Assembly (NCBI GenBank): GCA_963678065.2
Contig: CAXXVZ010000003.1
Location: 2,112,001 to 2,176,000, forward strand
Reading direction: 5' to 3'
DNA length: 64,000 bases
Source of the DNA: Treponemataceae bacterium
Lineage (GTDB): Bacteria > Spirochaetota > Spirochaetia > Treponematales > Rectinemataceae
The notes under the pieces are model-generated. The model saw nothing but the letters and a program-made list of their open reading frames with translations. It did no database searches and was not told where the DNA came from. Numbering within the stretch: position 1 is the stretch's first letter; each line of letters begins with the position of its first letter. This document shows, in pieces, positions 17,621-27,913 of this stretch. The translations under genes and the position numbers were made by a program.

Positions 17621-18410
17621 TTTTGCCGGCTCCTTTCCCGAGGTATGCCTCGATGACCATCGCGTTCGATTGTATCTCCTTGGGCGTGCCCCGCGCGATG
17701 ACCTCGCCGAAGTCCATCACAGTGAGATACTCGCAGATACCCATCACGATGCGCATCTGATGCTCGATGAGAAGTATCGTGAGATCGAAGCGATCCTTGA
17801 CGAAATGGATGAGGTCCATCAGTTCGATGATCTCGCGGGGATTCATGCCCGCAGCAGGTTCATCGAGCAAGAGGAGGCTCGGGTTGCAGGCCAGGGCTCG
17901 CGCTATTTCGACGCGGCGCTGTTGGCCATAGGGAAGGTTTCGTGCGATTTCGTCCGCTATGTTCTCTAGCTTGAATATCGAAAGGAAATCGAGGGCCTTC
18001 TCGGTGAGCTCTTTCTCCCCCTTGGCATATCGCCTCGATCGGAGAATGCTGTCGCCTAGCGTGTAACCTGCATGGTAATGGTACGCGATGCGAACATTGT
18101 CGAGAACCGAGAGGTTGGAGAAGAGGCGGATATTCTGAAAGGTCCGGGCGATGCCCGAGCGGGTGACCTCAAAACTCTCAAGGCCATCGACGCGCTCACC
18201 TTTGAATTCTATCGAGCCCGACGTAAGGGGGATGATCCCCGTGATGAGGTTGAAGGCAGTGGTCTTGCCCGCCCCGTTAGGACCGATGAGGCCCTGAAGG
18301 CTGCCCTTTGGAAGGCTCAAGTTGAAGTCCTTGACTGCAAGAAGGCCGCCGAAGGCCTTAGTTACGTCATTCATCGCGAGGATAGTCGCGCCTTTTTTCA
18401 AGTCTGCCAT
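17607..18410 (-). CDS. livG: Branched-chain amino acid ABC transporter ATP-binding protein
   Basis: GPNGAGKTT, ARTFQNIRLF, LPYGQQRRVEIARAL, LDEPAAGMN. Confidence 0.92.
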   Translation of the reverse strand: MADLKKGATILAMNDVTKAFGGLLAVKDFNLSLPKGSLQGLIGPNGAGKTTAFNLITGIIPLTSGSIEFKGERVDGLESFEVTRSGIARTFQNIRLFSNLSVLDNVRIAYHYHAGYTLGDSILRSRRYAKGEKELTEKALDFLSIFKLENIADEIARNLPYGQQRRVEIARALACNPSLLLLDEPAAGMNPREIIELMDLIHFVKDRFDLTILLIEHQMRIVMGICEYLTVMDFGEVIARGTPKEIQSNAMVIEAYLGKGAGKIAAS

Positions 18411-18411
18411 T

Positions 18412-19776
18412 TTATTTCCTCGCCCTCTTCGACTTTGCCGATAGTGCGGCTTTGATTTTGCCGCCTATGCCCTCGTCCCGGAAGAATCCCCATTCCACTG
18501 TGCCAAGGAGACCTTGAGGTCGGACGAGCATGAGCAAGAGAAGAGTGATCGGATAGAGAACGAAACGCCACGAGGGCGCGTCAGTCCCGAACTGGCCGAG
18601 GAGTACGCGCAAGAAGCCTTCGAGGAAAAATATCCAGCCGAATGCCGCCGCTATCGTGCCGGTCATGGAGCCAAGGCCTCCGAATACTACGATGATGAGC
18701 GGGTTGAAGCCCGAAATGAAGTCGAAAGTATTCGGCGAGAGGAATCCGATGTAATGGGCGTAGATACCGCCGCCTATGCCCGCAACAAAACTGCCGACGA
18801 CGAAGGCGAGGAGTTTGTTGTCCGCAACATTGATGCCCATCGCCCTGGCCGCTATTTCGTCCTCACGAACCGCCAACGTAGCACGACCCGTGCTAGACCG
18901 TATGAAATTTCGTATGAGTACTACGACAAAGAGAAGGAAAAAGAAGGCCCAGGCCCAATTTGTGAGCTTGGGTATACCGATCATACCCCGTCCGCCCTTC
19001 ATCTCTTGGAAGGGTAGGATCGTATCCGAATTGACGAGAAGGGTCTTCACGACGATGGCGAAGCCAAGTGTCGCGATACCGAAGTAGTCGGAGCCGAGGC
19101 TGAGCACAGGGAGACCGAAGAGGAAACTCACTTCAGCGGCGAAGGCTCCCGCAAAAATAACGGAGAGGAAGAACACCGCCTGAAGCGCAATGAACGATTT
19201 AAGAGGCCCGGGTGCGTCAGGAGTGCCGAACAGCGGAGTGCACATCGGTGATAGGATTTTACCAAGCCACACCGAGAGGAAGCCTACGGCGACGATCGCG
19301 AAGAGGTAAAATGTAAAGGCCGACAGCACAGGTACGCCACGCTTGCGCTTGAGGAACCGGCCCACGCCGAGGATAGTCAAGGCACCGAGTATAACGCCGA
19401 GGCCCACGACAATGAGTCCGCTCGCGTCGCCGTTCGTCCAGCGGTATGTGATATCGGCCGAGCAATAAGCCCCGATGCCGTAGAATCCCCACTGTGCTAA
19501 GCTGAACTGTCCATTGAAACCGTAAATGAGGTTGAGGCCGAGGGCCACCATTGTCATGGTGATGGCCTGGAACAATAATCCCTGGTCAAAAGCCGAAAAA
19601 AGGGCGAAAGAGCCTATCTTGGTAAGAATGATGGCCTGAATAACCCCGAAGGCCAGGACAATGGTAGCCGCTTTCTCCCAGAGCCTCTTGCGTCCGAGGC
19701 CCCAGAGCAATCCGTATATCCAAGCCATAAGGGCGACCATCTTTACAATGGTACTGACGAGGTATCCGAGTTCCAT
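18412..19776 (-). CDS. livM: Branched-chain amino acid ABC transporter permease (LivM-like)
   Basis: GLNLIYGFNGQFSL, DYFGIATLGF, AVREDEIAARAMGIN, GGLGSMTG; start 19776 inferred. Confidence 0.85.
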   Translation of the reverse strand: MELGYLVSTIVKMVALMAWIYGLLWGLGRKRLWEKAATIVLAFGVIQAIILTKIGSFALFSAFDQGLLFQAITMTMVALGLNLIYGFNGQFSLAQWGFYGIGAYCSADITYRWTNGDASGLIVVGLGVILGALTILGVGRFLKRKRGVPVLSAFTFYLFAIVAVGFLSVWLGKILSPMCTPLFGTPDAPGPLKSFIALQAVFFLSVIFAGAFAAEVSFLFGLPVLSLGSDYFGIATLGFAIVVKTLLVNSDTILPFQEMKGGRGMIGIPKLTNWAWAFFFLLFVVVLIRNFIRSSTGRATLAVREDEIAARAMGINVADNKLLAFVVGSFVAGIGGGIYAHYIGFLSPNTFDFISGFNPLIIVVFGGLGSMTGTIAAAFGWIFFLEGFLRVLLGQFGTDAPSWRFVLYPITLLLLMLVRPQGLLGTVEWGFFRDEGIGGKIKAALSAKSKRARK

Positions 19777-19786
19777 AATCCTCTCC

Positions 19787-20917
19787 CTATGCCTTTTCCA
19801 ACGATGGCTCACCGAACAGGCCAGTCGGCTTCACAAGGAGTACGATGATGAGGATTGTGAAGGCCACTGCATCGCGCATGGGCGTCGAGATGTAGCTCAT
19901 CGTCAGGGACTCGGCCTGCCCCATGATGAGGGCGCCAACGAAGGCTCCCGGGATGCTGCCAATCCCCCCGAGAACAGCTGCCACGAAGGCTTTGAGACCA
20001 GGGAGAGTGCCTAGCTGGGTCCAGATCGAGGAGTACGCTATTGCGTAGAGCACTCCTCCCAAACCCGCGAACGCTGCGCCGATGGCGAACGTGAAGGAGA
20101 TGACCCGATCCACATTGATGCCCATGAGCCGCGCCGTCGATTTGTCGTAAGAGGCTGCACGCATCGCTATGCCGATTTTTGTATGCTTGACAATAAACTG
20201 CAGAAGGATCTGCACAAGGATGGAGGCAGCGGCGATGATGAGAAATATATTGGAGAAAGAGATCGTATTGTCTGGTGAGGCCTGCCCCGAAACGATGGGG
20301 TGTATTCCGTCCTGAATGTACCAGGCTGTTGTGGGGAAGGGCGATTTATAAGGAATGAAGCGCCCTGAAAAGACGAAAGGCAGGGCACCGAAAAATTCGA
20401 GGAAAAACGAGACACCGATCGCGGTAATGAGAGCCGCGATACGCGGGGCATCGCGGAGGGGCTTGTATGCAACCCGCTCTATGGTTACCGCAAGGATGAC
20501 GCAGACCGCCATGGAGAAGAGGACTACCGTGAGCGAACCGATGATGAGCGAGAAAGAGGGAGCGATGCCGGGAAAGACAGCCTGTGGCCACTTGTGGAGG
20601 TTGAAGCGGCTGACCGCGTAGAAACTGGTGAAAGAACCCACCATGAAAACATCGCAGTGTGCAAAGTTAATGAGCTTGACTATGCCGTAGACCATCGTAT
20701 ATCCGAGCGCGATAAGGGCATATACGAAGCCGAGCTTGAGTCCGTCGAGCAGGTTCTGTATGAAAAGGATAGGATTGGACCATGCTTTACTCGTGATGTA
20801 GGCCACAGTCACGACGCCAAGGAGGATAATAAAAGCCCAGCCGACCCAGGCGAGAGGCGGTCCGCGACGCACCCTGGCGCTCTTCGCGGCTTTTGTTGTT
20901 TCGGTGCTAGCTGGCAT
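19787..20917 (-). CDS. livH: Branched-chain amino acid ABC transporter permease (LivH-like)
   Basis: YALIALGYTMVYGIVKLINFAH, KAFVAAVLGGIGSIPGA, KPTGLFG; start 20917 has GAGGT SD. Confidence 0.88.
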   Translation of the reverse strand: MPASTETTKAAKSARVRRGPPLAWVGWAFIILLGVVTVAYITSKAWSNPILFIQNLLDGLKLGFVYALIALGYTMVYGIVKLINFAHCDVFMVGSFTSFYAVSRFNLHKWPQAVFPGIAPSFSLIIGSLTVVLFSMAVCVILAVTIERVAYKPLRDAPRIAALITAIGVSFFLEFFGALPFVFSGRFIPYKSPFPTTAWYIQDGIHPIVSGQASPDNTISFSNIFLIIAAASILVQILLQFIVKHTKIGIAMRAASYDKSTARLMGINVDRVISFTFAIGAAFAGLGGVLYAIAYSSIWTQLGTLPGLKAFVAAVLGGIGSIPGAFVGALIMGQAESLTMSYISTPMRDAVAFTILIIVLLVKPTGLFGEPSLEKA

Positions 20918-21000
20918 TCGTGCTACCTCTTCGATGGACGATTCAAAGAGAGAGGACAAGCAGAAGCTTGCCCTCTCTCCGTTTTTATCAAGAAGTGGGA

Positions 21001-22137
21001 TTAAGGCTGGACGACGGAGTCGAAGACGATCTTGTCAGCCTTGACGGCGAGGATAGTCAGGGACTTCACCGGGTTGTGAAGCTTGTCCATCGTGATTATG
21101 CCCGAGACACCATTGAAGCTGATCTTCTCAAGGGCGGTCTTGACAGCAGTAGTATCGGCCTTACCCGCGCTCTGGATGGCAGTCAGAAGAAGATTCGTCG
21201 CGTCGTAGGCGAGAACGGCGAGAGCGTCAGGAACTTTGGCCTTACCGTCATCGGTCTTGTATGCGGCACCATAGGCCTTGAGGAGACCCTGGACTTCCTT
21301 CCGAGGATCATCAGGCGCGTAGTGATTGGTATAGTATCCGCCCGCCGCCGCTGCCTTGTCGAGGTCGGGAGAATCCCAGCCGTCGCCACCAACGAAAGGA
21401 ACGGAAATACCTTTCTCCTTGGCCTGCTTGGTCACGAGGTTGACGATGTTATAATAATCGGGAAGAAGCACGACTTCAGGCTTCGCATCCTTGATCTTGG
21501 CGAGAATGGCGGAAAAGTCGGTATCGGTCTTGGTGTAGGTTTCCTTTCCAACGATCTTGCCGCCGAGTTTCGTGAACTGCGATTCGAAGGCGGTCGCGAG
21601 GCCGATCGTATAATCATTGCCCTGATCATACAGGATAAAGGCTTTCTTCGCCTTTAATCTGGAGAAGGAGAACTGGGCGAGGATGCCGCCCTGGAAGGGA
21701 TCGATATAGCAGGCGCGGAAAATATAGTCCTTGGTCTTCCCGTCCTTGTCCACAGTGACATTGGGGTTCGTGGATGTCGGGCTGATCTCGAGGATCTTCG
21801 CGGGATTGGCGATCTCCGAGACGGGGATCGTGGCGCCGGAGCAGACTTCGCCGATGATAAATTTTACGCCATCCTGATTGATGACCTTGTTTGCGGCGTT
21901 GACAGCGGCATCGGCCGCGCATTGGCTGTCCTCGACGATGGGAACGATTTTCATCTTGAGGACTCCACCCTTGGCGTTCCACTCGTTGATGGCAAGCAAG
22001 GCGCCTTCTTTGGTCGAGAGGCCGAACGAGGGCACCGCGCCGGACAGGGGAGCCAAGATGGCTACCTTGAGGTCAGCGGCTCCGGCCGTGAAGACAGCCA
22101 GGACCAGGACGAGAGCGATGATCAGAACACGCTTCAT
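21001..22137 (-). CDS. Branched-chain amino acid ABC transporter substrate-binding protein
   Basis: Signal peptide; PLSG, IGEVCSG, FRACYIDPFQG, DFSAILAKIK, GGDGWD; LivK/LivJ family. Confidence 0.9.
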   Translation of the reverse strand: MKRVLIIALVLVLAVFTAGAADLKVAILAPLSGAVPSFGLSTKEGALLAINEWNAKGGVLKMKIVPIVEDSQCAADAAVNAANKVINQDGVKFIIGEVCSGATIPVSEIANPAKILEISPTSTNPNVTVDKDGKTKDYIFRACYIDPFQGGILAQFSFSRLKAKKAFILYDQGNDYTIGLATAFESQFTKLGGKIVGKETYTKTDTDFSAILAKIKDAKPEVVLLPDYYNIVNLVTKQAKEKGISVPFVGGDGWDSPDLDKAAAAGGYYTNHYAPDDPRKEVQGLLKAYGAAYKTDDGKAKVPDALAVLAYDATNLLLTAIQSAGKADTTAVKTALEKISFNGVSGIITMDKLHNPVKSLTILAVKADKIVFDSVVQP

Positions 22138-22165
22138 ACCTTCCTCCTAGAAAATAGATTCAATA

Positions 22166-22193
22166 AATATACCTTTCAAAATAAGGCTGTCAA
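22166..22193 (-). promoter_or_regulatory. Putative sigma70 promoter of the liv operon
   Basis: TTGACA-16nt-TATATT in AT-rich DNA upstream of the GGAGG SD. Confidence 0.5.
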
Positions 22194-22298
22194 GTGCAAC
22201 CATCATTTTCGATTCATGATTCCTTCACGTATTTGCAGTGATTACTTCGACTTGTAACTCCGCACGGAGAATCTCGAAAGAAATTTCCTCAAGGATAT

Positions 22299-22721
22299 TT
22301 ATGCAAGGACTTTTGTCACGCTTCTGGCGGTGAGCCTCTGGCGAACCTCGGGCAGTTCGCAATACCAGATCTCGAAGCTCGAAAAAAGCATCGCGGCAAA
22401 CGCAATTGAAAGGTATGTCCAGTTCGCGCGCTGAGCCCCGCCCTCGACCGTGACGGTGGCATGGGACAATACCATCAATATTCGGCTGATAATATTGAAT
22501 CCCTGCGAAAAGGCGAGGAGATACCAAGGCCAAGAGGCTATGTTCCGACGCAGGAGTACCTGTATGAGCGATATCACGGTCAGCAGCGTGAGGAAGACGG
22601 GGAGCCACCATTCTTGCGTCGTTATGTTGTAGATATTGAGGGGAAAAACGATAAGAGGAAGGATCTGAAGACACAAAATGACCGGAATCATTGCCCGGTT
22701 CGTGATGAATTTACGGAACAT
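22299..22721 (-). CDS. Hypothetical four-TM membrane protein
   Basis: 140 aa with four hydrophobic segments, upstream of and co-oriented with liv. Confidence 0.7.
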   Translation of the reverse strand: MFRKFITNRAMIPVILCLQILPLIVFPLNIYNITTQEWWLPVFLTLLTVISLIQVLLRRNIASWPWYLLAFSQGFNIISRILMVLSHATVTVEGGAQRANWTYLSIAFAAMLFSSFEIWYCELPEVRQRLTARSVTKVLA

Positions 22722-22964
22722 TGTAAAGTGTTATCATCGATAGAAGCACTTGTCAAGCCAATATCGATATCGAGGCCTGAACGCAAAAACGATGAGGATT
22801 CAGCGGGTGATTCAAGGGATTGACATGATTGGAAACCGATGGGTTGCCTTGAATAAAATGATATCATCGATACAGCCCATTTTCTGCTTTGCTTCATGTA
22901 CTCGCGCCCGGTCACATATCGGCATATCTATACAGAAGGGAGCCTCGGCCTATACACTGGCGCG

Positions 22965-24470
22965 GTGAAGAAAAGCCTCTTTCTGTTATATGTTTTCATC
23001 GCCTCCTTCGGCGCTGGTCTGTATGCCCAATCAGAAGCCTCCCTGCCAGAATTTTCTCCTCCCGAATGGAAGTATGGAATGATAGGACAAGGCGATATCG
23101 TGAAGACAAAGGTCGTAGCAACCAACCGGGCTGCCCTGTCGGTGAAATTGACCTTCGTGCCCACTTGTACCTGTTTGACTGTTTCGCCCGAGACACAGAC
23201 AATTGCGCCGGGAGGTTCGGCGACATTCGCCCTGAGCTTCGACTCGAAGGACTATGAGGGAAAAACACAACGCGCATATATCGTAAAAACCGACGTCTCC
23301 GGCGCGAAGCCCCTTTATTATCTCTTGAGCGGCGTAGTGCGCGTAGACAGACCGGCGAGCAACGAAACTCCCCTATCAGACAACGCTGGAGTGAGACCGG
23401 CGAGCACGAATTCGATCGTGGCACAATATTATTATACGCTTGGCTGCCATTCCTGTGAGGATTTTCTCTCCGTCGAGATTCCGAATTTCGAGGCGCGGTA
23501 CGGAATCCGCATATCGCTTGATCGACGCGATCTTTTGGACCCGTCGGTCTACGAAGAGCTCGCTGCCTTCGCCTCGTCCAGAGGAGTCCCGATAAAAGCC
23601 ATACCTGTGCTTCGGATCGGAAATGAGCTCCTACAAGGAGAAGAGGAGATTCGCGATCGTCTGCCAGGCCTGCTTTTGTCGCGAAACACTAAGGCAGCTT
23701 CCGAGGTCTCAGGCGGCACATCCGCCCTCACCGAGACCTCAGCCTCGGCGCAGGGAATTTCAGCGAGCTTGGCCGCTCTTCCCGTAATGGCTGCTGGTCT
23801 CATCGATGGCGTCAATCCCTGCGCTTTTACAACCCTCGTCTTTCTTCTTGCATCTCTCGCCCTCGCAGGGAAGGGCCGACATGAGATCCTCATCATTGGC
23901 GCCCTCTTTTCGTTAGGCGTCTTTTTGACCTACATGGGCATAGGATTCGGCCTTTTCGCTGCGCTGCGGGCAGCAGGCGCTGTCGCTCTCGTATCGACTA
24001 TCATACGTTGGGTACTTGTCACGGCCCTTGTCATGTTGGCAGCCTTGAGTGTCTACGATTATACACGAATAAAGGCAGGCAAAGCCTCCGAGATTCTGCT
24101 CCAGCTCCCGAACTCACTGAAACTCAAGATCCACGCGTCGATCCGTACCAGGGTCAGAACGGCCGCCCTCGCTGGTTCCTCCTTCGTCTTAGGTTTCTTC
24201 GTGTCGATATTTGAGTTCGCCTGTACGGGACAGGTTTATCTGCCGACTCTCGCATACCTCGCGCGAACGAAGGGAAAATCCAATTCTGTTCTCCTCCTCG
24301 TTCTATACAACCTATGCTTCATCGCACCACTCCTCGCCGTATTTGCGGCGAGTTATCTCGGGGTAAGTTCGAAGAGGATAGGAGCGGTTTTCCAGAAGCG
24401 CATGGGAGCGGTTAAGCTGGGTCTGGCCATCGTGTTTCTCGGTCTCGCTGCGCTGACACTGTTCAGTTAA
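22965..24470 (+). CDS. Ig-like (DUF1573-like) + thioredoxin-like + CcdA/DsbD-type transmembrane fusion
   Basis: Signal peptide; PTCTC and IAPGGSATF (DUF1573-like); GCHSC; DGVNPCAF and FEFACTGQVY membrane cysteines; GTG start inferred. Confidence 0.75.
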   Translation: MKKSLFLLYVFIASFGAGLYAQSEASLPEFSPPEWKYGMIGQGDIVKTKVVATNRAALSVKLTFVPTCTCLTVSPETQTIAPGGSATFALSFDSKDYEGKTQRAYIVKTDVSGAKPLYYLLSGVVRVDRPASNETPLSDNAGVRPASTNSIVAQYYYTLGCHSCEDFLSVEIPNFEARYGIRISLDRRDLLDPSVYEELAAFASSRGVPIKAIPVLRIGNELLQGEEEIRDRLPGLLLSRNTKAASEVSGGTSALTETSASAQGISASLAALPVMAAGLIDGVNPCAFTTLVFLLASLALAGKGRHEILIIGALFSLGVFLTYMGIGFGLFAALRAAGAVALVSTIIRWVLVTALVMLAALSVYDYTRIKAGKASEILLQLPNSLKLKIHASIRTRVRTAALAGSSFVLGFFVSIFEFACTGQVYLPTLAYLARTKGKSNSVLLLVLYNLCFIAPLLAVFAASYLGVSSKRIGAVFQKRMGAVKLGLAIVFLGLAALTLFS

Positions 24471-24534
24471 TTCAGGCGCTCAGCCGTTCCGGGGAAACTT
24501 CGAGACACGCTTTTTGCACAGTCGGACTGGTGTG

Positions 24535-24572
24535 AAAAAAAGGGCCGCAAGATTTCCCTTGCGGCCCTTTTT
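24535..24572. terminator. Bidirectional intrinsic terminator ending the ribosomal super-operon
   Basis: A-run, GGGCCGCAAG-ATTTCC-CTTGCGGCCC, T-run. Confidence 0.9.
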
Positions 24573-24627
24573 GCGCTGACGCTTTCGTGGCATCAGGCAG
24601 AAGATATTCCGGATGACGCCTGGCAGA

Positions 24628-24798
24628 CTATTTTGCGTTGGCGAGTGTGGCTTTGCAGACCTTGCAGATCTTGGTCTTTTTGCCTTCTACTTCCTGTTCG
24701 TACAGGACCTTGACGCCTTCCCTCTTGCAGACCGGGCAGGTAGCGCGACCGGAAGCGGGGGTCTGCCTGAGGCCTTTCCCACGATGGGCTTTAGACAT
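24628..24798 (-). CDS. 56-aa basic zinc-ribbon protein, probable spirochaete-specific ribosomal protein (bL38-like)
   Basis: MSKAHRGKGLRQTPASGRATCPVCKREGVKVLYEQEVEGKKTKICKVCKATLANAK; AGGAG SD; 22 nt after rplQ and before the terminator; below the ORF-track cutoff. Confidence 0.8.
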   Translation of the reverse strand: MSKAHRGKGLRQTPASGRATCPVCKREGVKVLYEQEVEGKKTKICKVCKATLANAK

Positions 24799-24820
24799 GC
24801 TGGTACTCCTCGAGGCCCGA

Positions 24821-25255
24821 TTACTCGGCCTTGTTCGTGGCCGCTTTGGCCTTTTTCTCAGTCTTTCGCTTTTCGCGATCGGCTTTCTTGTCGTCTTCCT
24901 TGCGGTCCACGAGCTCGAGGATCACCATGTCGGCTGCATCGTGCTTGCGGAATCCCACTCTGAGGATGCGAGTGTAGCCACCGTTGCGCTCCTTGAAGCG
25001 CGGGCCGATATCCGTAAACAGCTTGGCAAGGATGGCTTCATCCTGGATTTTTTTCGCGGCAATGCGGCGGTTGTGGACGGAATCCTCTTTTGCCCTCGTG
25101 ATCATCTTTTCCGCGGCTCTCCGGGCTTCGATAGCCTTGGCTCTCGTGGTGACGATCCGCTCGTGTTTAAAGAGCACAGTCATCATGTTCCGGATGAGGG
25201 CCTTCCTGTGGGCCGGTACCCGGTTCAGCTTGTTAAACCCGATCTTATGCTTCAT
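24821..25255 (-). CDS. rplQ: 50S ribosomal protein L17
   Basis: [21 protein letters not shown]. Confidence 0.97.
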   Translation of the reverse strand: MKHKIGFNKLNRVPAHRKALIRNMMTVLFKHERIVTTRAKAIEARRAAEKMITRAKEDSVHNRRIAAKKIQDEAILAKLFTDIGPRFKERNGGYTRILRVGFRKHDAADMVILELVDRKEDDKKADREKRKTEKKAKAATNKAE

Positions 25256-26300
25256 CGGTCTCTTCCTTCTTCATCGAGAGTTTCAGATAACTTCTGAGGG
25301 CCGAATAATCCGTCATGCCGAGACCGAGGTTCCACTCGTTGAGTTTGTCCTTGATCTCCTGGAGGGACTTCTTGCCAAAATTGCGTGTCTTGGCGATATC
25401 GTCCTCTGTCTTTCTGGTAAGATCGCCGATGGACTTGATGTTGGCGTTCTTGAGGCAGTTCGAGGACCTCACCGAGAGTTCCAACTCCTCCACCGGAGTA
25501 TTCAGGATCTGTCTGACGCGCTCTTCGATCTCATCGTTCTGATCGTCGCCACCGAGCTCGCCTTCGTCGAAGTTGACGAAGATAGCAAAATGATCTTTTG
25601 CTATCTTGGCGGCCTCCGCGAGAGCATCTTCCGGCTTGACCGACCCATCAGTCCAGATTTCGAGCACGAGTTTGTCGTAATCGGAACGCTGTCCGACCCG
25701 GGTGGGCTCGACGCTGTACTTCACTTTCTTGACAGGCGAAAAGATCGAGTCCATGGGAATGGTTCCCACGATCTCGATATACTTCTCGTTGACTTCGGAC
25801 GGCACATAGCCGCGTCCCAGATCCACCTGTATTTCGATATCCAGATGGGCTTCTTTCATGAGTGAAGCTATCTTGATGCCGGGGTTGAGTACGTCAAGAT
25901 TCTTGTCTTTTCCAAAGAACTCGCCCGTGAGCGTCTCCATCCCCTTTATTTCATAAAGGAAAGTGGCCTGTTCTTCGTCGTTCGGAAGGCGAATCCTGAG
26001 CTGTTTGAGATTGTTGATAACTTCGATCGTGTCTTCGACGACTCCCGGAATCGTCTCGAACTCGCTCGTAACAACATGCTGCGCGCCCTCCGCATCGTAG
26101 CGAACTATCCGGACTGCCGAAATAGCGTAGCCCTGGATCGAAGAGAGGAGGATGCGGCGCAGCGTATTGCCTACGGTGGTACCGTAGCCGGGCTCGAAGG
26201 GATATGCGAGGAACTTGCCGTAGTCGGGTCCCGACTCGCTCTGCTCGTACGTTATGCCTTTCGGCCTCTTAAAACCCTTCAGTAGGTTCTTCCGCGCCAT
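25245..26300 (-). CDS. rpoA: RNA polymerase subunit alpha
   Basis: [36 protein letters not shown]. Confidence 0.97.
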   Translation of the reverse strand: MARKNLLKGFKRPKGITYEQSESGPDYGKFLAYPFEPGYGTTVGNTLRRILLSSIQGYAISAVRIVRYDAEGAQHVVTSEFETIPGVVEDTIEVINNLKQLRIRLPNDEEQATFLYEIKGMETLTGEFFGKDKNLDVLNPGIKIASLMKEAHLDIEIQVDLGRGYVPSEVNEKYIEIVGTIPMDSIFSPVKKVKYSVEPTRVGQRSDYDKLVLEIWTDGSVKPEDALAEAAKIAKDHFAIFVNFDEGELGGDDQNDEIEERVRQILNTPVEELELSVRSSNCLKNANIKSIGDLTRKTEDDIAKTRNFGKKSLQEIKDKLNEWNLGLGMTDYSALRSYLKLSMKKEETDEA

Positions 26301-26309
26301 CACGGCTCC

Positions 26310-26945
26310 TTATTTCGAATAGAGCTCAACTACGAGCTGCTCGCGGATATCCGCCATATCGGTGATGTCCTGGCGATGCGGATACGCACAGAGTTTTCCG
26401 GTCATATTGTCGACGTCTACCTCAAGCCAGGGCATAACACCGGAACGTCCGACTTCCTGGAGAGCATCTTTGATGAGGTCCATCTTCTTCCCGGAGGCGA
26501 GGATACCGAGCTTGTCTCCTTCCTTGACGGAATAGGAGGGGATGTTCACGCGTTTTCCATTGACCGCGACATGTCCATGCAGGACAAGCTGCCTGGCCTG
26601 AGCCCTGGAGGAAGCGAAGCGGAGTCTGTACACCACGGTATCGAGCCTGCGCTCGAGAAGAATGAACAGATTTTCGCCGGTTTTGCCTGGCATGCGGAGG
26701 GCTTTCTGGAAGGTATTGCGGAACTGAGCCTCCATAAGGCCATAAGACCGCTTCAGCTGTTGCTTCTCGCGCAGCTGCACGGCGTAGTCCGATTTCTTTC
26801 CGAGACGCGCCTTCGGGGCCTTCCCCGGCGGGAGGGCTTTCTTGTTGATGGGGCACTTGTCGCTCTTGCAGCGAGCACCCTTGAGAAACAATTTCTTCTG
26901 CTCGGTGCGGCAAAGCCTGCACACGGGTCCAGTATAACGGGCCAT
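26310..26945 (-). CDS. rpsD: 30S ribosomal protein S4 (Zn-binding type)
   Basis: MARYTGPVCRLCR, LERRLD, ARQLVLHGH, VVELYSK. Confidence 0.97.
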   Translation of the reverse strand: MARYTGPVCRLCRTEQKKLFLKGARCKSDKCPINKKALPPGKAPKARLGKKSDYAVQLREKQQLKRSYGLMEAQFRNTFQKALRMPGKTGENLFILLERRLDTVVYRLRFASSRAQARQLVLHGHVAVNGKRVNIPSYSVKEGDKLGILASGKKMDLIKDALQEVGRSGVMPWLEVDVDNMTGKLCAYPHRQDITDMADIREQLVVELYSK

Positions 26946-26962
26946 TCTCTATACCCCCTGAC

Positions 26963-27343
26963 TCAGATACGACGGGCTTTGCGGGGCCGGCACCCGTTGT
27001 GGGGAATGGGCGTGACGTCGTTGATCGTCTTGACTTTGAGACCGAGGGCGCCGAGCTGCCTGATGGCAGACTCGCGACCGATTCCAGGTCCCTTGACATA
27101 GACGTGGACTTCACGAAGACCCACAGTGAGCGCTTTCTGAACCGCGGTTTCAGCTACGGTTTGCGCGGCGAAGGGGGTGGACTTCTTTGCGCCGCGGAAT
27201 CCATGTCCGCCCGAGCTCGACCACGATATCGCGTTGCCCTTCAGATCCGTAATGGTGATGATGGTATTGTTGAAGGTCGCCTGGATGTAGACGTTGCCTT
27301 CATATACACTCTTTTTCTCTTTCTTCTTCTTTGCGACTGCCAC
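26963..27343 (-). CDS. rpsK: 30S ribosomal protein S11
   Basis: [28 protein letters not shown]. Confidence 0.97.
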   Translation of the reverse strand: MAVAKKKKEKKSVYEGNVYIQATFNNTIITITDLKGNAISWSSSGGHGFRGAKKSTPFAAQTVAETAVQKALTVGLREVHVYVKGPGIGRESAIRQLGALGLKVKTINDVTPIPHNGCRPRKARRI

Positions 27344-27358
27344 TTTACGCCCCTTTGG

Positions 27359-27730
27359 TTACACGGCCTTCTTCTTGTTGGCCACGGTCTTTCTCTTACC
27401 CTTACGGGTGCGGGCGTTGGTCCTGGTCCGCTGACCATTGACCGGCAGGCCCCTGCGATGCCTCAAGCCCCTGTAACAACCGATGTCCATGAGGCGCTTG
27501 ATGTTGAGCGCCGTGAGCGAGCGAAGCCGACCCTCAACCATGTAATCGCTCTCGATCACCTTGCGGAGTTCGTTGACTTCCTCGTTCGAAAGATCATTGA
27601 TCTTTTTCGCGGGGTCAATCTTTGTGGTCTCGCAGATCTTGCGGGCGCTGGTCCTTCCGAGCCCGAAGATGTATGTCAATGCGATTTCCACGTGCTTGTT
27701 CGGGAGGTCTACTCCCGCTATACGTGCCAT
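27359..27730 (-). CDS. rpsM: 30S ribosomal protein S13
   Basis: [36 protein letters not shown]. Confidence 0.97.
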   Translation of the reverse strand: MARIAGVDLPNKHVEIALTYIFGLGRTSARKICETTKIDPAKKINDLSNEEVNELRKVIESDYMVEGRLRSLTALNIKRLMDIGCYRGLRHRRGLPVNGQRTRTNARTRKGKRKTVANKKKAV

Positions 27731-27746
27731 GAGCTACCTCCTCCCC

Positions 27747-27860
27747 TCAGCCTTGCTTCTGCTTGTGCTTGGGGTTTTCGCAGATGATGCGGACGATACC
27801 GTCGCGCTTTATCACCTTGCACTTGTCGCATATCTTCTTGACGCTAGTCCTAACTTTCAT
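27747..27860 (-). CDS. rpmJ: 50S ribosomal protein L36
   Basis: Hand translation [37 protein letters not shown]; not in ORF track. Confidence 0.96.
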   Translation of the reverse strand: MKVRTSVKKICDKCKVIKRDGIVRIICENPKHKQKQG

Positions 27861-27913
27861 GGGTTCCCCCTACGCGCGCATCGCGCCATTAAATACCATT
27901 TGGACGAAAGATT

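Noticed and set aside
27861..27913. Missing adk/map/infA between secY and rpmJ as a deletion
   Set aside because: To my knowledge this is the usual treponemal arrangement; no remnants are visible.
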